Shown here piece by piece: positions 1 to 13,649 of a stretch of 64,000 nt of DNA. A program made the position numbers and the translations under genes. The notes under the pieces were generated by a model. That model was not told the DNA's origin. It ran no database searches and saw only the letters and a program-made list of their open reading frames with translations. Each line of letters begins with the position of its first letter. The stretch's first letter is position 1. The stretch is from positions 1,116,001 through 1,180,000 of the forward strand of contig CP145410.1 of the NCBI GenBank assembly GCA_036867785.1. The letters are read 5' to 3'. Origin of the DNA: Plasmodiophora brassicae (taxonomy: Eukaryota).

Positions 1-649
1 AAGCGGGCGTCCCATTCTGATAGGTACTCCAGGCGTCGCGAGCTTATTGTTCGCTGTTCCGAGGATCGCATCACCATGCAGGCTTTGCTGTGGAACCTTA
101 GTGATGGAGCTATCGCAATGCCTGAAATTGCAGACCTCGTGACATCGGCGACTCTGTTGGATAATGCGGAATTCCTCGCGAGATCGTGCTGGGAATCAAA
201 TGAGTTCAGACGCCAGTGTGGGCGTCTGATATCTGAACGGCAAGATCTGCGCCAAGTACCGGTGTCAAATGCGCGCCTTATGGCTGATTGCATACAGGAT
301 TGTCCCAGGAAAGCATGACGCGATGTGGCACTTGGCCCTTGAATGCGGTGTTGACGTTCGGGGTAGCAACGACGACACGGCTGTCGTCGATTTAAGCATG
401 GAATCCGAATAAACCGTGTTCTGCTGTATTCCTCGGCGTTAGGGCGTCACAGGTCGATTGTTCTGGAACCTCTTTGATCGCCGGTTGGAACGCGAACACG
501 GCCGAGTCTTGTGGTTCGCGCGTTTCGGCTTGCGCGCGTTCCTGTTCAACAGCGTCATGGGCACCAGTCCTAATCACATTTTTTACGTTCGCCCCGAACC
601 CGTGCCGTTCCCCCAGAACCTTACCTGCGGCGACGACGCGTCGCAGTAG
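1..649 (+). CDS. 3' part of an unidentified intron-containing gene (runs in from the window start)
   Basis: Successive + strand open frames (76-318, 458-649) separated by short intron-like gaps; no recognisable motif. Confidence 0.3.
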
Positions 650-1571
650 AGACTCGACCGTCAACGCCGCCGGCGCCAGCTGCGTCGCCATCGTGACACA
701 AACACGAAATCCCGCAAAATCGCCCACCGCCGTCTGGTAGCAACGTATGTAGGTCGGCCTATGTAGCTTACTGGCGCGACAACACTGACAGTGGGGCTGG
801 GAACTCGATATATTATGCATATTTATTCTGGGGCGCAACAGAGCCGTGTCGCGGTTCGCACACGGAACGATGTGAACGAGAATCCGACCGATCCCGACGC
901 TGACGGGATTGCGCGTCTCTTTCGGTTGACCGCTTGCGGAATGAACTATCGCCTCGTGATGCGTCTCTCGGTAGCCTGCACCGTGCATATCGTCAGATCA
1001 CTCGTTACTCAGTGTGTGACCATGACAAGCCCAACCGGTCCCCGCACTGATCGGATGGCGCGCCCCTGCTGTTTCCGCGAAAGGCAACGTCACGCATAGA
1101 TACATCATCCAGTGCCCTAAGCCACACAACACCACATCAGATTGGCCACCCGAGGTGGAACGCATTGCCCGGAGTCTAACCGATCCCGATAGCGCCTGGC
1201 ATGCCTCTCTGGTTCGCTTGATCGGGATGGAGCACCGCGAACTGACCCATTTCCGGCCGGTATCCTAGCCATTGAATCAGAGGTTGCTGTCGGGTGGAGT
1301 GCGCCCTCGGGTAACTAACCTATCCCAATAGCAAGCGGGAGCCCGTTCTCTTTCGCTTGCACGCAAAGGAACGTCGCGCCTTGATGCATCTCCCGGTGCC
1401 CTGCGATACCAGAAATCAGCTTCTGTCAAGTGAAACGAGCTATAGAGTGCCTAACCGATCCCGGTTGGAGAAGCGCTCTCTTTCGATTGCCCGCAGTGAT
1501 CCGTCGCGTCTTGACGTATCGTTCAGTAGCCTATCGCAGGGGGACATGATCAGATTGGCTACCAAACGACG

Positions 1572-4500
1572 TTACTCGGACGCGAAGCGATACCGCTCGT
1601 GGCCAACAGTGGCTGAACAGCGTTCAACACAGTGCGGGCTAGAATTTCGATTCGCTGAAGAAGACGACATGGCATGCTGCCCTTTCGGGAGCGGTCCTCC
1701 AGCAGATTCACGGCAATCTTGGGCGAATTCAGAGCGACGACCTTGAGATGGATGCCGCTCTTCTTGTGTCGTCAATTTAGAATCGGACCGAGCAAGATGC
1801 GACTCCGAACGCGCATCCCTCGGGGATTGAGCGCGTTGTTGTTTCCTCAGTTTCCTCTCCTTTGCCCTCGCTCGCTTGCTCCGACGGTCTCGTTTCTGCT
1901 TCGTCGAAGGCTTCGACGCCGAATTATCACCAGGCTTCACCTCAGTCGCCTCAGACTTTAGACGTTTTCGTTGGATGGCAAGCTGGGCAAAGTGCTCGGA
2001 ACTCTTGAGAACTTCAAGTTGCCGCTTCAGAAGATTATGGTTGTGACCAGGCGGTAGAGACTGATCGACTGGACTGGAAACGGATGGCAGAGCCGCACCG
2101 CCGTTCAGAAGCGCGTCTACCATGTCCGACTGCCCACTGACATGATCAGCGTTCGACGGAAACTCTGCCGCCGCCGCCGACAGCTCAACTGAATCGGGAA
2201 GGGACTGGAAACTGCGTTCGGGCAGATCTTCTAGCTGACGAATTGCACCAGAAGCCGAAAGGCTAGTGTGGCCTTGGCCATCGATTACTGCAGTCCGATT
2301 CGGCAGGTTTTTCTCACTTTCACAGCTTGAAGACGACCTGCCGAATAGCACTTCCAGGGCCTCAGCTGGCACACTACCGTGTTGTGGATCACGTTCAGCC
2401 GACTTAGTGCCTTCCCGTTCGGCGTCCACAGATGCAATGGACAGGGGACGCCTTGCGCTAGCAGAAAACGTCACATTGACTTCGGGATTGCTTCGCGACG
2501 GTGTTCCTCGAGGATAAACCCGGTCGTATTCTAGCTCCTCCCGAGCTAAGAGCGGGTCAACATCTTCTGCTCCAGGCAGCTCAAAGTGGTCATTTTCCAG
2601 GAAGAATCGCGAATGGTCCGTAACGCTGACGATCCATTTCGCATCGTTATCCCCGGCAACATCTCCCGGACCCATTCCATGACGCTGAAGAATACTGGAC
2701 GTTACAGGATCACGAAGGGCGTCTGATGGAACGTTGACAGCAGTCGGGCCGACAATGTCAGTGATTGGGGCTGGAGGCTTCAGGAATTCCGACCATCGCG
2801 TATCCAGATTACCGTCCACATCAATATCGGCGGCGTCCAGCACCCAGTTCGTAAGCTCCACCTTTTCGAGCTGGCGCTCGAACACTTTCTCTTCGAACAT
2901 GTCATGCATGACGAAACGGTAGATGAAGACGGGCTTCTTCTGCCCCAGACGGAACACTCTCGAAGCCGCTTGAAAGTCAACACTTGGATTCCAGTTGACT
3001 TCGAGCAGGACAGCCCGATTTGCGGCTACGAGACTGATGCCCTCACCGCAAAGTGTCGAGATTAAGAAGCAGTCAGCTGTTGAGGAGCTTGCCATAAATT
3101 CGTCAATGAGGTTTTGCCGTTCGACCATAGACGTGCTTCCATCGAACCGCAAAGCGCGAATAGTCCCACGGGATGCATTCGACGAGTTGTACGCGCCGAT
3201 GAGTTCCTAAAGATGAATGAGTGAGAACTGCCACGAATGTGCTTGCAACAGCGCGTACCTCAATGAAGGACAGGGCTTTGACCCATCGAGAGAAGATCAC
3301 AATTTTGTCGCCAGCAGCCTTGCTCTGTAAGATCAGCTGCATTAGGACGACCATTTTACCACTAGAGGTGATGTCAAGGGAATCCGGAACAGTATCAGAA
3401 AGCCAGTCCCGGCACGGCGCAGTTGGATCTGATGTCGCTTGTCGCCTTGCGATCTAGCCCAACCGTATTTAGTAACCCATTCTACATCCAATCAAGGCGA
3501 TGCGTACTTCTGGGTGATCCGCAATCATGGTCGCAATGTTATGCATCGATACACCATCGAGTCCCACACGCCGATTGAGGAACCGCAACCACAGTTCGCG
3601 CTGGCACGAAGACAACCGTATCGAGATGACAAGTTCCTAGATGATCCAACAAGTTAATTAGTCAGACTGCTAATAGAATATCAAAACAGGCACCCACAGT
3701 TTTCTTGGGAAGGAAACGCTGCAACAACGAGCCATCACGACGAAAGAACAGCTGGTTGTTCCTCAGAAGCTCATACAGGACAAACGATCGCCCGCGAGCC
3801 TTGGCGACATTCTTGGATCGCAGTTTGATTATTGGAACTTCAAAAAGCGTCTGAAACTGTTTGTAAGTCCCTAGGACCTTAAGACACTTCTCACGATCCA
3901 CGAAGTCGACAAGAGTGTAAAGTTCCCGGAGCTGGTTCTGTAACGGGTACCCAGATATGACCACGCGACGGCGAGTTGGTAGTCGCGACAAGTACGAATG
4001 GTTGTGGGTCTTCGCATTGCATATCCTGTGGCCTAACCGCAAGCATGAGAACTCGTCGACGAGGATAGGCCATGCGATTACCTTCGTCAAGTATGAGGCA
4101 CTGAGCACCGGGGTCGTCGCACAAAAGGGCCCTGACAGTAGCTTGGTTCATCAGTTCGCAGAATATGCCGTACGACACTAGCAGGATGCCTCCAGATTGC
4201 GCCCAGGGTTTAACAATGGACGCTCTAGCATCGAGCGGAACCGTTGATTCGATAAGAGTCGGATATCTGAAGGGCCTTATTCCTTGGCCACTGATGAGCG
4301 AATTGAAGCTTCGGATCTCATCGCACCAATGCGGAATGACGGTAGAGGGCACCACGATCAAGATTCGTGAGACAGCATGCTCACACCACAAGACGTGGAC
4401 CGCAGACAAGACTTGCAGAGTCTTCCCCAGACCCAACGCATCTGCGAACACTGATCCAGAGTTGCTGCTTAGGACGCTGGCTAGGAACGCTGCACCAACG

Positions 4501-4850
4501 CGTTGATGTGGACGCATGTAATCACGTACGAGAGGCGGAATCCGATCAATGAACGGAGCAAGACCGAACTTCTCGCTTAAATCGTCCTCCGACTGAAGCG
4601 GCAAACGTTCAATATCAGCGTCTGAATGTTCAGAAGCGACAGCACTGCCGACGTCGTCCGCTTCGAGGACGCTCAACCGCGCGTCCGTCAGGTCGATCAC
4701 ATCGTGAGTCTCGTCGGGCAAGCTGACTTGCGGTGAATTCTCTATGGCAGCAATGCGGTGCTCCAATTGCACGATGTACTCGTCTTTTCGCCTGGCATCT
4801 TCCTCAAGGCGCAGGAGACGCTGTTGCAGGTCGGCAACAAGGGCCTCCAT
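1572..4850 (-). CDS. SNF2-family helicase/ATPase (RAD54/ATRX-like), multi-exon
   Basis: Motifs MRPHQRVG, FADALGLGKTLQ, ILDEG(H), RRVVISGYPLQNQLRELYTLVDF, KIVIFS, GEGISLVAANRAVLLEVNWNPSVDFQAASRVFRLGQKKPVFIYR, spread over exons; low-complexity basic C-terminal tail. Confidence 0.9.
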
Positions 4851-4973
4851 GTCACGGAGTTCGGAGTTTGATCCGCCGGGCGCTCCGCTTGGGGAATGCT
4901 ATGTAGGGACTCCACGGAAACGTATCGCTGACAAGGTACAAGGAGTTGGCTTGCATTGCATGCTGGTTCCTCA

Positions 4974-5097
4974 ACACAAGAACGAGGCGTTGAGGACCAG
5001 CAGGACCGAAGACTCGAGCGACCCCAATTCGTGTTCCTCTACATAAAGGACGAAGCGTTGAGGACAGCAGGATCGAAGACTCGAGTGACTCCGATTT
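4974..5097. repeat. Degenerate two-copy tandem duplication (~65 bp period)
   Basis: gaggcgttgaggaccagcaggaccgaagactcgagcgacccc versus gaagcgttgaggacagcaggatcgaagactcgagtgactcc. Confidence 0.6.
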
Positions 5098-5159
5098 AAA
5101 ACAAAGGAGACACAAAATCCAGACCTATCGTGGTCGCCAACGTAGGTCCCCGACGATGT

Positions 5160-5520
5160 TTAATGAGAGCTGCTAGCGTTATTATTTTCCTTGTGATAAC
5201 GGGCGTGGTTATTGACGCACGGCATGCAGAGATAATGCATTTCGACGGCCGCGCCGCACGATTTGCAGATCTTGTAGGGCTTGTGCTCTAATCCGCGCTG
5301 GGCGCGATGTCCAGCAACCCGAAGGCGGCGCTTGAACACTGACACCTGAGGAACATAGTTAGCCCCATCCGCAACATAATGCAACGGCCGAAACCTTCTT
5401 TTTCGGGCATGCCATCTCCTCCAAGTCCTCAACCGTGATCGGTAGCACACCGACCGGGCGAGCCATGGACGAGATCATGCGTAGTCCACGACGACCTGTC
5501 ACGAGCATTGACAGCATCAT
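5160..5520 (-). CDS. MRPL32: Mitochondrial ribosomal protein bL32m (2 exons)
   Basis: Presequence-like MMLSMLVTGRRGLR, then MACPKKK|VSVFKRRLR...CKSCG...HYLCMPC, the L32 signature with Zn-binding Cys pairs; intron gtttcg...ctcag at about 5393-5348. Confidence 0.8.
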
Positions 5521-5955
5521 GACGACGGCGACCCCGTGGCACGCACAACAAGCAAAACAGGCAAACAGCACTGGCCGTTGTTCGTATAACTGCTGGTCCA
5601 CATAATGTCGTACCGCGTATCGCTGATTGCTATCACATACGGCACGAAAGCAACTTGGCCCCGCCAAGGATACCTATAACTGTATACGCTGGGCGGCGCA
5701 GCCGCAAAGACATGTTAGCTGCTACATGGACGTAGTTGGCGACCCCGGTCTACAAAACCAGGTGTGCTCATGGAAACGGTCTTCATATCAACGTCAACGA
5801 AGCGCCTGGCATGTTTCACGTAGAACATGAAGCGTTGGGGTGGGCTAAGCGTTCACCGGAGGCTGGTCAACGGTAGGTAGTACGCTGAGGAGATCGGGTG
5901 TGCTCCCGACCTAACGTAGAAAGTGCGTCGTGCCATAGCCCGTAGATTGTTCGAC

Positions 5956-8900
5956 ATGGCTGCCGCGGGTCGTCCACCGGCAAAGACGTTCCCTTTCGCA
6001 CTTGACGCCTGGCAGCAGCGAGCGGTCGAATGGATCGACAATGAGCAGTCGGTTATGGTTGCCGCACACAGTACGTAATACTGACTATGCGTGTGTGGCG
6101 TTTTCTGAAGTTGTCATGCGTTCGCAGCATCCGCCGGGAAGACTAGCATTGCTGAGTTCGCCACGTGTATTGTATCTGTATGACGAGCACTGACTGTGAA
6201 TTGCCTAGATATGCTATCGCGAGTGCACTTCGGGACTCACACCGTGTCATATACACGTCGCCCATTAAGGCTCTCTCCAACCAAAAGTATGTTGCAGATT
6301 GGGATTTCTGTTTTACGTCGCTTGCCTAACTGCATCATTACTGCCAGATACCGGGAGCTTCAAGAAGAGTTCGGTGCCGGACAGGTGGGCTTGAAAACAG
6401 GGGACCTTTCACTTAATCCAGATGCGCCGTGCCTGGTGATGACGACTGAGATTCTCAGAAACATGCTTTACCGCGGAGCTGTGGAGATCCAGGAAGTGAA
6501 ATGGGTCATCTTTGACGAAATACAGTACGGTCTTGTACGGCACTCTACCCAGCGTCTTTACTAACGCCAGCGTTCCGACAGTTACATGCGTGATCGCGAA
6601 AGAGGTGATATTCCAGTGCTGTCTGTAGCATCACAGCAGTGACATTGGCATAGGCGTTGTTTGGGAAGAAGCCATTATTCTGCTCCCCGATCAGATTCGA
6701 TTGGTGTTCTTGTCCGCCACGCTTGCCAACGCCGAACAGTTTTCAAACTGGGTATCCGAACTGAAGAACTCACCGTGTCAGATGGTCCAAACCCACGTAT
6801 GTCCGCTGTTCTACTGTGGCGAAATCCTTAGCTTATCTCGCCTAAAGGTTCGACCGACTCCCTTGCACCATTACGTATTCGTAAGCGGCGAGGGCGAAGG
6901 CATTTACCTCGTCTCGGACCCCTCTGCGCCATTTTACCCGGAGAGCTTTGAGATGGCGATTTCCCGAGCACGCCAGTCCCGGGTTAAATCGAAGGACGCC
7001 GGAATCGGTCGTCTTGTCCGGATGCTCGTGGATCAGAATTACTTTCCAGCTATTATCTTCAGCTTTAGCCGACGGGAATGTGAGGCGCAAGCGCTCAAGC
7101 TTAACGCATCTCTTGATATGAACACTGCTGAAGAAAAGAAACTCGTCCAAGAAGTATTCGACAATGCTCTTGCGTCCCTGAGCGAGGAAGATCGAACTGT
7201 AATTTAATTTACGCGCAGTGCTGATGCATCGGCCTATGCTAATTCGGTGTCAGCTGCCCCAAGCGCTTAACCTGCTGCCTTTGCTCCTCAAAGGTCAGGA
7301 TAATGTTTCGGCTCTAGGATGTGACCGTGAATCGTGACGTAGGAATCGGAGTCCATCATGGCGGAATGCTCCCAATCCTGAAGGAAGTTGTTGAATTGCT
7401 GTTCCAGGTGCGATAAGTCCAATCGTTTCTGAGCGCAGCGCACTGAATTTCAGGATCGGTGCGGTAGGAATCACTTGTCAAAGTGCTCTGTGCAACCGAA
7501 ACGTTTGCCCTCGGTGTCAACATGCCCGCGAAGACCGTTGTCTTCACTGCTTTGAAGAAGTTCGATGGGCAGACACGTCGATCCCTCTCGTCTGGCGAGT
7601 ACATTCAAATGAGTGGTGAGCCCATTCCCTTGCTGGTTCTTGAGGTTCTCGTTGATGGTTGCGACATTAGGTCGTGCGGGTCGTCGGAATCGCGACCCGT
7701 TCGGGCTGTGCATCCTCATGATTGATATCGAGCAGGATATGGAGTCTGTGAAAGCTCTTGTCAAGGAAGCTTCTGATCCCTTGGTATTGTTTGCCGTTTC
7801 TAAATCCCGACACGACATTCAAATGCTCTTTGGTGCAGGTTTCGCAGTTTCGACTGTCGTATAATAGCATTCTGAACATGGCACGGTCAGAATTGCATAA
7901 TCCAGACATGCTGCTTTCCAAAAGGTTCGTAACGTCATTGACCGGGCCACTTGAATACCCTTTAACAATTATATCGTCCGTAGTTTCCATGCATTCGCCG
8001 ACAAGGCATCACGGGAAAAGGTCGCCTTGGAGATATCCGAGCTAACCAAGGAAGCGGATTCGCTACGTGCTTCATTTCCAGAATCGTAGAATTGGATTTC
8101 GCCCTACTTGATTATATGCTGACTTCCGGATTGCATAGCGCTTCCTGTACATTTGATCAAGTTGAGCAGTACATGTTGATGCAAGAGATGGTTACGTCGA
8201 GCCGAAAAGAACTTCGTGCTCCACTGGGTACTCCATCTGTGGCAATGCCGTTTATGCAGCCTGGACGCGTCGTGTATATTGGCCCGACTTCCGAACCTGT
8301 AGTAGAAACCCATTAGTTACCTGAACGGGACGACTAATACCTTGCTGGCAGGATTCGAAGGAAAGTCCTGGAGATTTTGGTCTCGGTAGGTGCTGGTCTG
8401 ACGTCCATGAACATCCGCTTACATCCCGTTCAGGCGTTGTAATAGCATGTCGGAAGCTCTTTGTACCTGACAAGTTCGTCATCGATGTTCTTGTCAACTG
8501 CATCGTTGTCGACGGCGTGCCGCGTCCTAGTCGAAACGTTGTCGACCAGGCGCACGTCATTCGTGTTCACTTGTCAACTGTCCAGAGAATCACAGTTATA
8601 CGGGTGCAGTGTGTTTGCGTCGAGAGGAATTCGCTCGTCTAACTTTCTGTCTTTCTTCCTTCCGCAGGTGTATCTACCAGAAGATCTGTCTTCTTATACC
8701 AACCGCCTCTTGCTGATGGGTCTCGTACGAGACCTAGATGCTGAAGGTGCATTGGTCGACCTTCTATTTGCAGATTTCGGCATGTCTGAAACGATCATGA
8801 CCGAAATACAAGAACATAAGAAGGTCGGCCATCGCTTGGTAACTTATTACACAGCGCTGACGTGTGGCACCCTCCCAGCGGCTTGCGAAATTTGAACCGA

Positions 8901-9733
8901 TGGTACTGCAGCATCCTGTGATGTCATTGCCAGTTTCAGAACGCGAACACATATTGCATCTGTACTCCAGCTATAAAGAGCTTCGAGATAGGATTGCCAG
9001 TAAGGGACCGTTGTCGCACCGCTTCATTTATTGGTTTACTAATACCGTGTAGAGATGGAGGAATCCGTCACTGACACTAGCCTGTCCCGGTTTCTTATCG
9101 AGCTGAAGAGTCGTCTCAGGCTCCTGCGCCGACTGAATTACGTGGACAACGAGAATGTCATCTTGCCGAAAGGACGTTTGGCGTGCGAGATCGACGCCCT
9201 GGATGAGCTTGTCACAACAGAAATTATTGTTGATGGAGCGTTCAACGACCTTGATGAGTGTGAAACGGCCGCACTTGTCAGCTGTCTTCACACCGAGAAT
9301 GAGCGGAATGCTCCTGCGGTTCCCCCATCACTTGTTGGGCCTCTAAGTACGGCGAGCGTCGTTTCCCTTCAAACTTCAATGCTAAGATCGTCACTTGGTA
9401 GCGCGTATCAAAGAGACGGCGCGACGCATCGCGACGATATCGAATGAAGTTGACCTTCCTATGAACGTGGACGCCTACGTGAACCAGTTCAGTGGAGGTT
9501 TCGCTGCCATTGTTCTTTCATGGACCAAGGGTACATCGTTCAGAGACCTGTGCCAGAACACGACCGTGTTCGAAGGTTCTATCATCCGCGTCCTCCGTCG
9601 CCTGCAGGAGGTCCTCGTCCAGCTGGCCGAAGGAGCCGCGTCTATCGGCAACGAAGACCTTCAGAGGAAGTTCGAGGGTGCTCGAGCCAGGTTACACCGG
9701 GGCATTCCGTTCGCCGGCAGCCTCTACCTGTAG
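5956..9733 (+). CDS. MTR4: Ski2-like RNA helicase MTR4/DOB1, many introns
   Basis: Spliced motifs [79 protein letters not shown], and DSHCT C-terminus FEGSIIR...IPFAGSLYL*. Confidence 0.92.
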
Positions 9734-10005
9734 ACGGCGGCCACTATTAGCAAGGCGCACCAAACGGTGTCTTTCAATGTACTCAGAAGATAACATAATC
9801 TGCACTCGCACCCTCAGCGGTTCCAGGCAAACAAGACCCGGTTCTAGAATATCGGACGCATGGCGATGCAGAGTCGGCATACGCGTTCAGGAACCTACGA
9901 CCAGGGCAACGTCGTCCACGTACGACAACAGCAATGACAGTAGATATCAGCCCATAGGCCAATCAGCCTCGGCAATGCCATCCCAGTATTATCAGCACGA
10001 GTACC
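9690..10005. repeat. Copy 1 of a diverged ~315-bp duplication (intact MTR4 end plus pseudogenised kinesin-FYVE last exon on the minus strand)
   Basis: Aligns to about 11670-11985. Minus strand reads YCHCCCRTWTTLPWS*VPERVCRLCIAMRPIF*. Confidence 0.85.
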
Positions 10006-10503
10006 GAGGCTTGCTTGATCTTACGGGACGGGCGAGAAAGATGGCCGGCTTGGAACAAGAAGGACCTTGGGTACGCAAAGACGGTGGTCAGAAACCGTTG
10101 ACGTTGACTGTGACAGTAACCCATCTGCTTGTTTAGACGCCGCCATTCGGCATGACGGTCCCAACAGTGAGGTGGAAGGCGCTACACGCACACACCGGCA
10201 TCAGCCGCACGGAAGTCGAACCAGAGTGGGACACATTCTTGTCCCCTCGTTTGCGGGCTACACTAATGGATCTGCAAGAATGCCAATAATGCCGGTATTA
10301 AGGTAGATTCGCTAACACCGGCAGCCGGCCTCGGTGGTCGGAATTCTGGTGTTGGAGGTTGTCGGCGTCGACGACCGTTTGTAGACCGGACTGTCACTAG
10401 GTCAGTGGAGCAACGGCTCTCCAGACCCAGTAGCAGCCCGGTTCACAAACATCCCACCGGCTTCGATGATCGAGCGATGTCCGGCACCTGCGCCGTCGCA
10501 CTC

Positions 10504-10554
10504 GTAGGCAGGTAGGTAGGTAGGTAGGTAGATAGGTAGGTAGGTAGGTAGGTA
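10504..10554. repeat. (TAGG)n microsatellite, about 12 units
   Basis: gtaggcaggtaggtaggtaggtaggtagataggtaggtaggtaggtaggtag. Confidence 0.95.
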
Positions 10555-11669
10555 GCGACTTGCAGCTCTGCTCCTCCGCAACACATGACTCAGTAGTATC
10601 CTGCCAATTCCAATTATTCTCCAATTATTACGGGTTCCTGTAACTGCGTGCAACTTTGCAACCTGTGTGTTGGCGTCACAACCGAGTGAACTGAATACCC
10701 GCTGACCGTACAGGTGCTTTCTGTAGGTTGCTCCCAAATACTCGGTTGGGTACCTCCAAGATTCTGTCATTTGCCTGTAGAGAGCGGGGGGCCACGATAC
10801 ATTACGTGGTCCAGTTCAGCGGCGACTTCAACACATTCGCATCCTCTCAATACGGAACGGTTGGAACTTGTACGGCAGAATCTCTATGAGTAAAAGAGTA
10901 ATTAAGGCCCATCCCTGTGGAGAGAAATTTGCTTTCAAGAAGTATCCCAGAAGTTGGGGCTACTCAGAAATGACCATGTCGACGAAGACTTGGAGAAGTG
11001 CTTGGACTGCACCCTGACGATGGGTTTTCATCTGGCGATGAGCTTTCGATCCCTGGCAGCGCGACTCATGGGCCGGTTCAATGACCGTCGCCACATGGAT
11101 ACGGATACAACACCTGCTATGGGCTTTGCACCTTCTCAAACGATAGCCAGCCGTCTCCGTCGTCCTGCTCTTTCACCTTGCAGTCGACGGCGAGAGTCCA
11201 GCGGCGTCGCTGCTGACGAGACCGCGCTCAGCTCAGCATTCATCGCTGGCGGTAACCTCATCAACAATAATTAGGTATCTCCTCACGGGGACGCCGCCTG
11301 GCACGTTGGATCCTGGGCGTTGTGGACTTCATCGGGGCCCCACGTGCGAACCTGGAGGAAGCGCGCGGCTGAACGATCATGGACGCTGTTTGACCCGTAC
11401 GACGTCGATAAATCCTATGGGTCCACAAGTTCTTGTAGTCGCCCTACGCTGCTGCAAATGCGGCCAAGGCCGGCCCACGTCGTCAAGGAGACCACCAATG
11501 CGCTGTCGGCGTGTTGCGAGCATACCTGCCCACGCTACCAATGCGTGTCGGCGCGGGAGGTGCACGAGACGGGGCGAACAGATGCAGGACGATAATACCA
11601 TCTGGCGCAGCAGTACGGTCTCTCGCGATGATTGATGCGATGTGTCGGAAGTGCCCCGCGACACCAAGT

Positions 11670-11985
11670 GGCTCTACAGGGAATTCCTTTCGCCGGAAGC
11701 CTCTGCCTGTAGACGGCGGCCAGCACCAAGACGCACCAAACGATGTCTTTTAACGTATTCATAAGTTATCAGAATCTGCATTCGCAACCTGAGCAGTTTC
11801 GGGGCAACAAGGCCCGGTTCTAGAAGATCGGCCGCATAGAGATGCAGAGTCGGCATACACGTTCAGGAACCTGCGACCAGGGCAGCGCCTCCACGTACTG
11901 CAACAGTAATGACAATAGATCAGCCCGCAGGCCCTGTCTGGACCATTAGCAACGGCATGCCATTCCGAATATCAGGACGCGTACC
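11670..11985. repeat. Copy 2 of the duplication (decayed MTR4 3' end plus the kinesin-FYVE last exon)
   Basis: ggaattcctttcgccggaagcctctgcctgtagacggcggcc matches the MTR4 end ggcattccgttcgccggcagcctctacctgtagacggcggcc. Confidence 0.85.
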
Positions 11986-13649
11986 TGCAATGGTGGCGTC
12001 GCAGCAAGAACCAGAACGGCGCATGACAGCATAGGCAAGCTGACGCAGCGTGGTCGGGCAACCATTCCGGTTTCGTCAGCGGCGCAGAGATCGTATTGGG
12101 GCGCTTCGAGATTGGCACCAGTTCGATCGGTTCCGGTTCCGGCTTCTTCGGCGACGCCGCTCTTCCCGATTCAGTCAACGCTCCGGCCGCAGCTACCAGC
12201 AGAGCGCCAACGTTCGAGTCGGTTAGGTCCTTGGCGGCTCGTCGCAGCACGTCGGCTCTCTCTGGGCCACTTCCCGCCGTCCTGAATTCTCCACAGTAGT
12301 CGCGTGTACGCGTCGTCCTGCGCGTTGGCATTGCCAGGCGCAGGAACGCTGCCTCGACGCGCGCCTCTGTGGCCAGTCGCTCGCAGCGTATGGCAGAGAC
12401 GTTATCGACGCGCTTGACGAATTTCAAAGCTCGAAGACGTCGTTGACGACGAGCGCCTGGCGTGCCTGGTGTCTGTGGTGCAATGCGCCCCTCCGAGCTG
12501 TCTTCGCCCGACGATGGCGCTCGCGATTCGCTGGCGACATGGCCGAGGTTGATGGGCTCGGTGTCGAGTAGGAGCTGGAGTGTGGCGCTGACATCTGGAC
12601 TGCCGGGTGCGATGTGCACGATCTTGACAATGGTGGACGGTTCCTCGCCGACGAGGTCGTATCGGAACAGGCGCGTCAGCTTGGACTGTCGGAACGGGAC
12701 GACTTTAAGGTCGTCCGGGTGGGTGGCGTTCCAGCGAACCGCCTCGACGCATCGCTCCATGTGCATCAGCGAGGTGCTGTTGAGGCTGCTCGACTCGGAT
12801 CGCTTGTCGCGAAGTGACCCCAGCAGACACAACGACAGGTGGCTCTCGTGTTGGGAGGTGTTGTCGCCCAGGCGAATGGAGACGATAATGTGTGAGCGAC
12901 GGGGCGGGCCATCGTGACGTACTCGGGACAGGCAGGTTTTCAACAGCATCATGGCGTTGCGCCCGCTGCGAATCGGGATGTAGGAGATCTCGGGGGAGCG
13001 GATCGACCCAGTGGTGTCGAGCCGGAGGGGCGTCGTAGCGGACGATGATGTTGACGGCAGCAGGCAGTACACCCTCTCGTCGTGCACCTCGAGCAAGGCC
13101 ATAGACACACGATGGGCCTTGGACGGCGACTGGTCGATGCGACCGAACACGTCGTAGATGGCGCGACGAAACAGGCCGGCGTCGTTGTCGCTGCCGTGCA
13201 TCGTCAGCGATTTGCCCGAATTAGAAGCACCGAGAGCTAGCAGCAGTGACGAACGCCAACGAAACAGGTCGTCGACAAGCGGTCGCGTCGCCCGATCATA
13301 CACCGTCCATGTCGTCGCTTGCTCATCAAACACCTCATTGTAGTCGGAAAACTGTGCATCAGCTAGCTCAGTCAGGGTCAGCAGGAACCCATCGCGCCCT
13401 CCAGACCTTTTGGTTCAGCCGCAGCGGCGATTTGACGGTAATGGAACTTCGCCCTGGCGACAGGAACACGGCCTGACGTTGCTGCCGCTCGATTTCCACT
13501 TTCGAGAATGCACGGACGCGAACGAACACACGCACGTCTGCTCGAGGCCCATCGCTGAACGACCCTTTGACGTGCTCGCGTTGCAGGACATCCCATGTGC
13601 GCCCATTGCGATCGCTTAACGGCGTCCTGGGCGACCCCAGCAATGTCAT
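11820..13649 (-). CDS. Degenerate kinesin (kinesin-6-like) motor domain fused to a C-terminal FYVE domain
   Basis: Motor motifs VRVFVRVR, GASNSGKS, LLEVHDERVYCLL, RRSH, VVPFRQSKLTRLF. FYVE: WLPD..CLCC..F..RRHHCR|ACGLIYCHYC. The final RVCRLC is 1 nt out of frame in this assembly. Confidence 0.8.

Noticed and set aside
10504-10554. Telomeric repeat or PTYL-repeat proteins
   Set aside because: A short internal TAGG microsatellite; the ORFs crossing it are incidental.
10005-11670. Possible transposase remnant between the duplicated segments
   Set aside because: Only a vague resemblance; no TIR, TSD or convincing motif found by eye.
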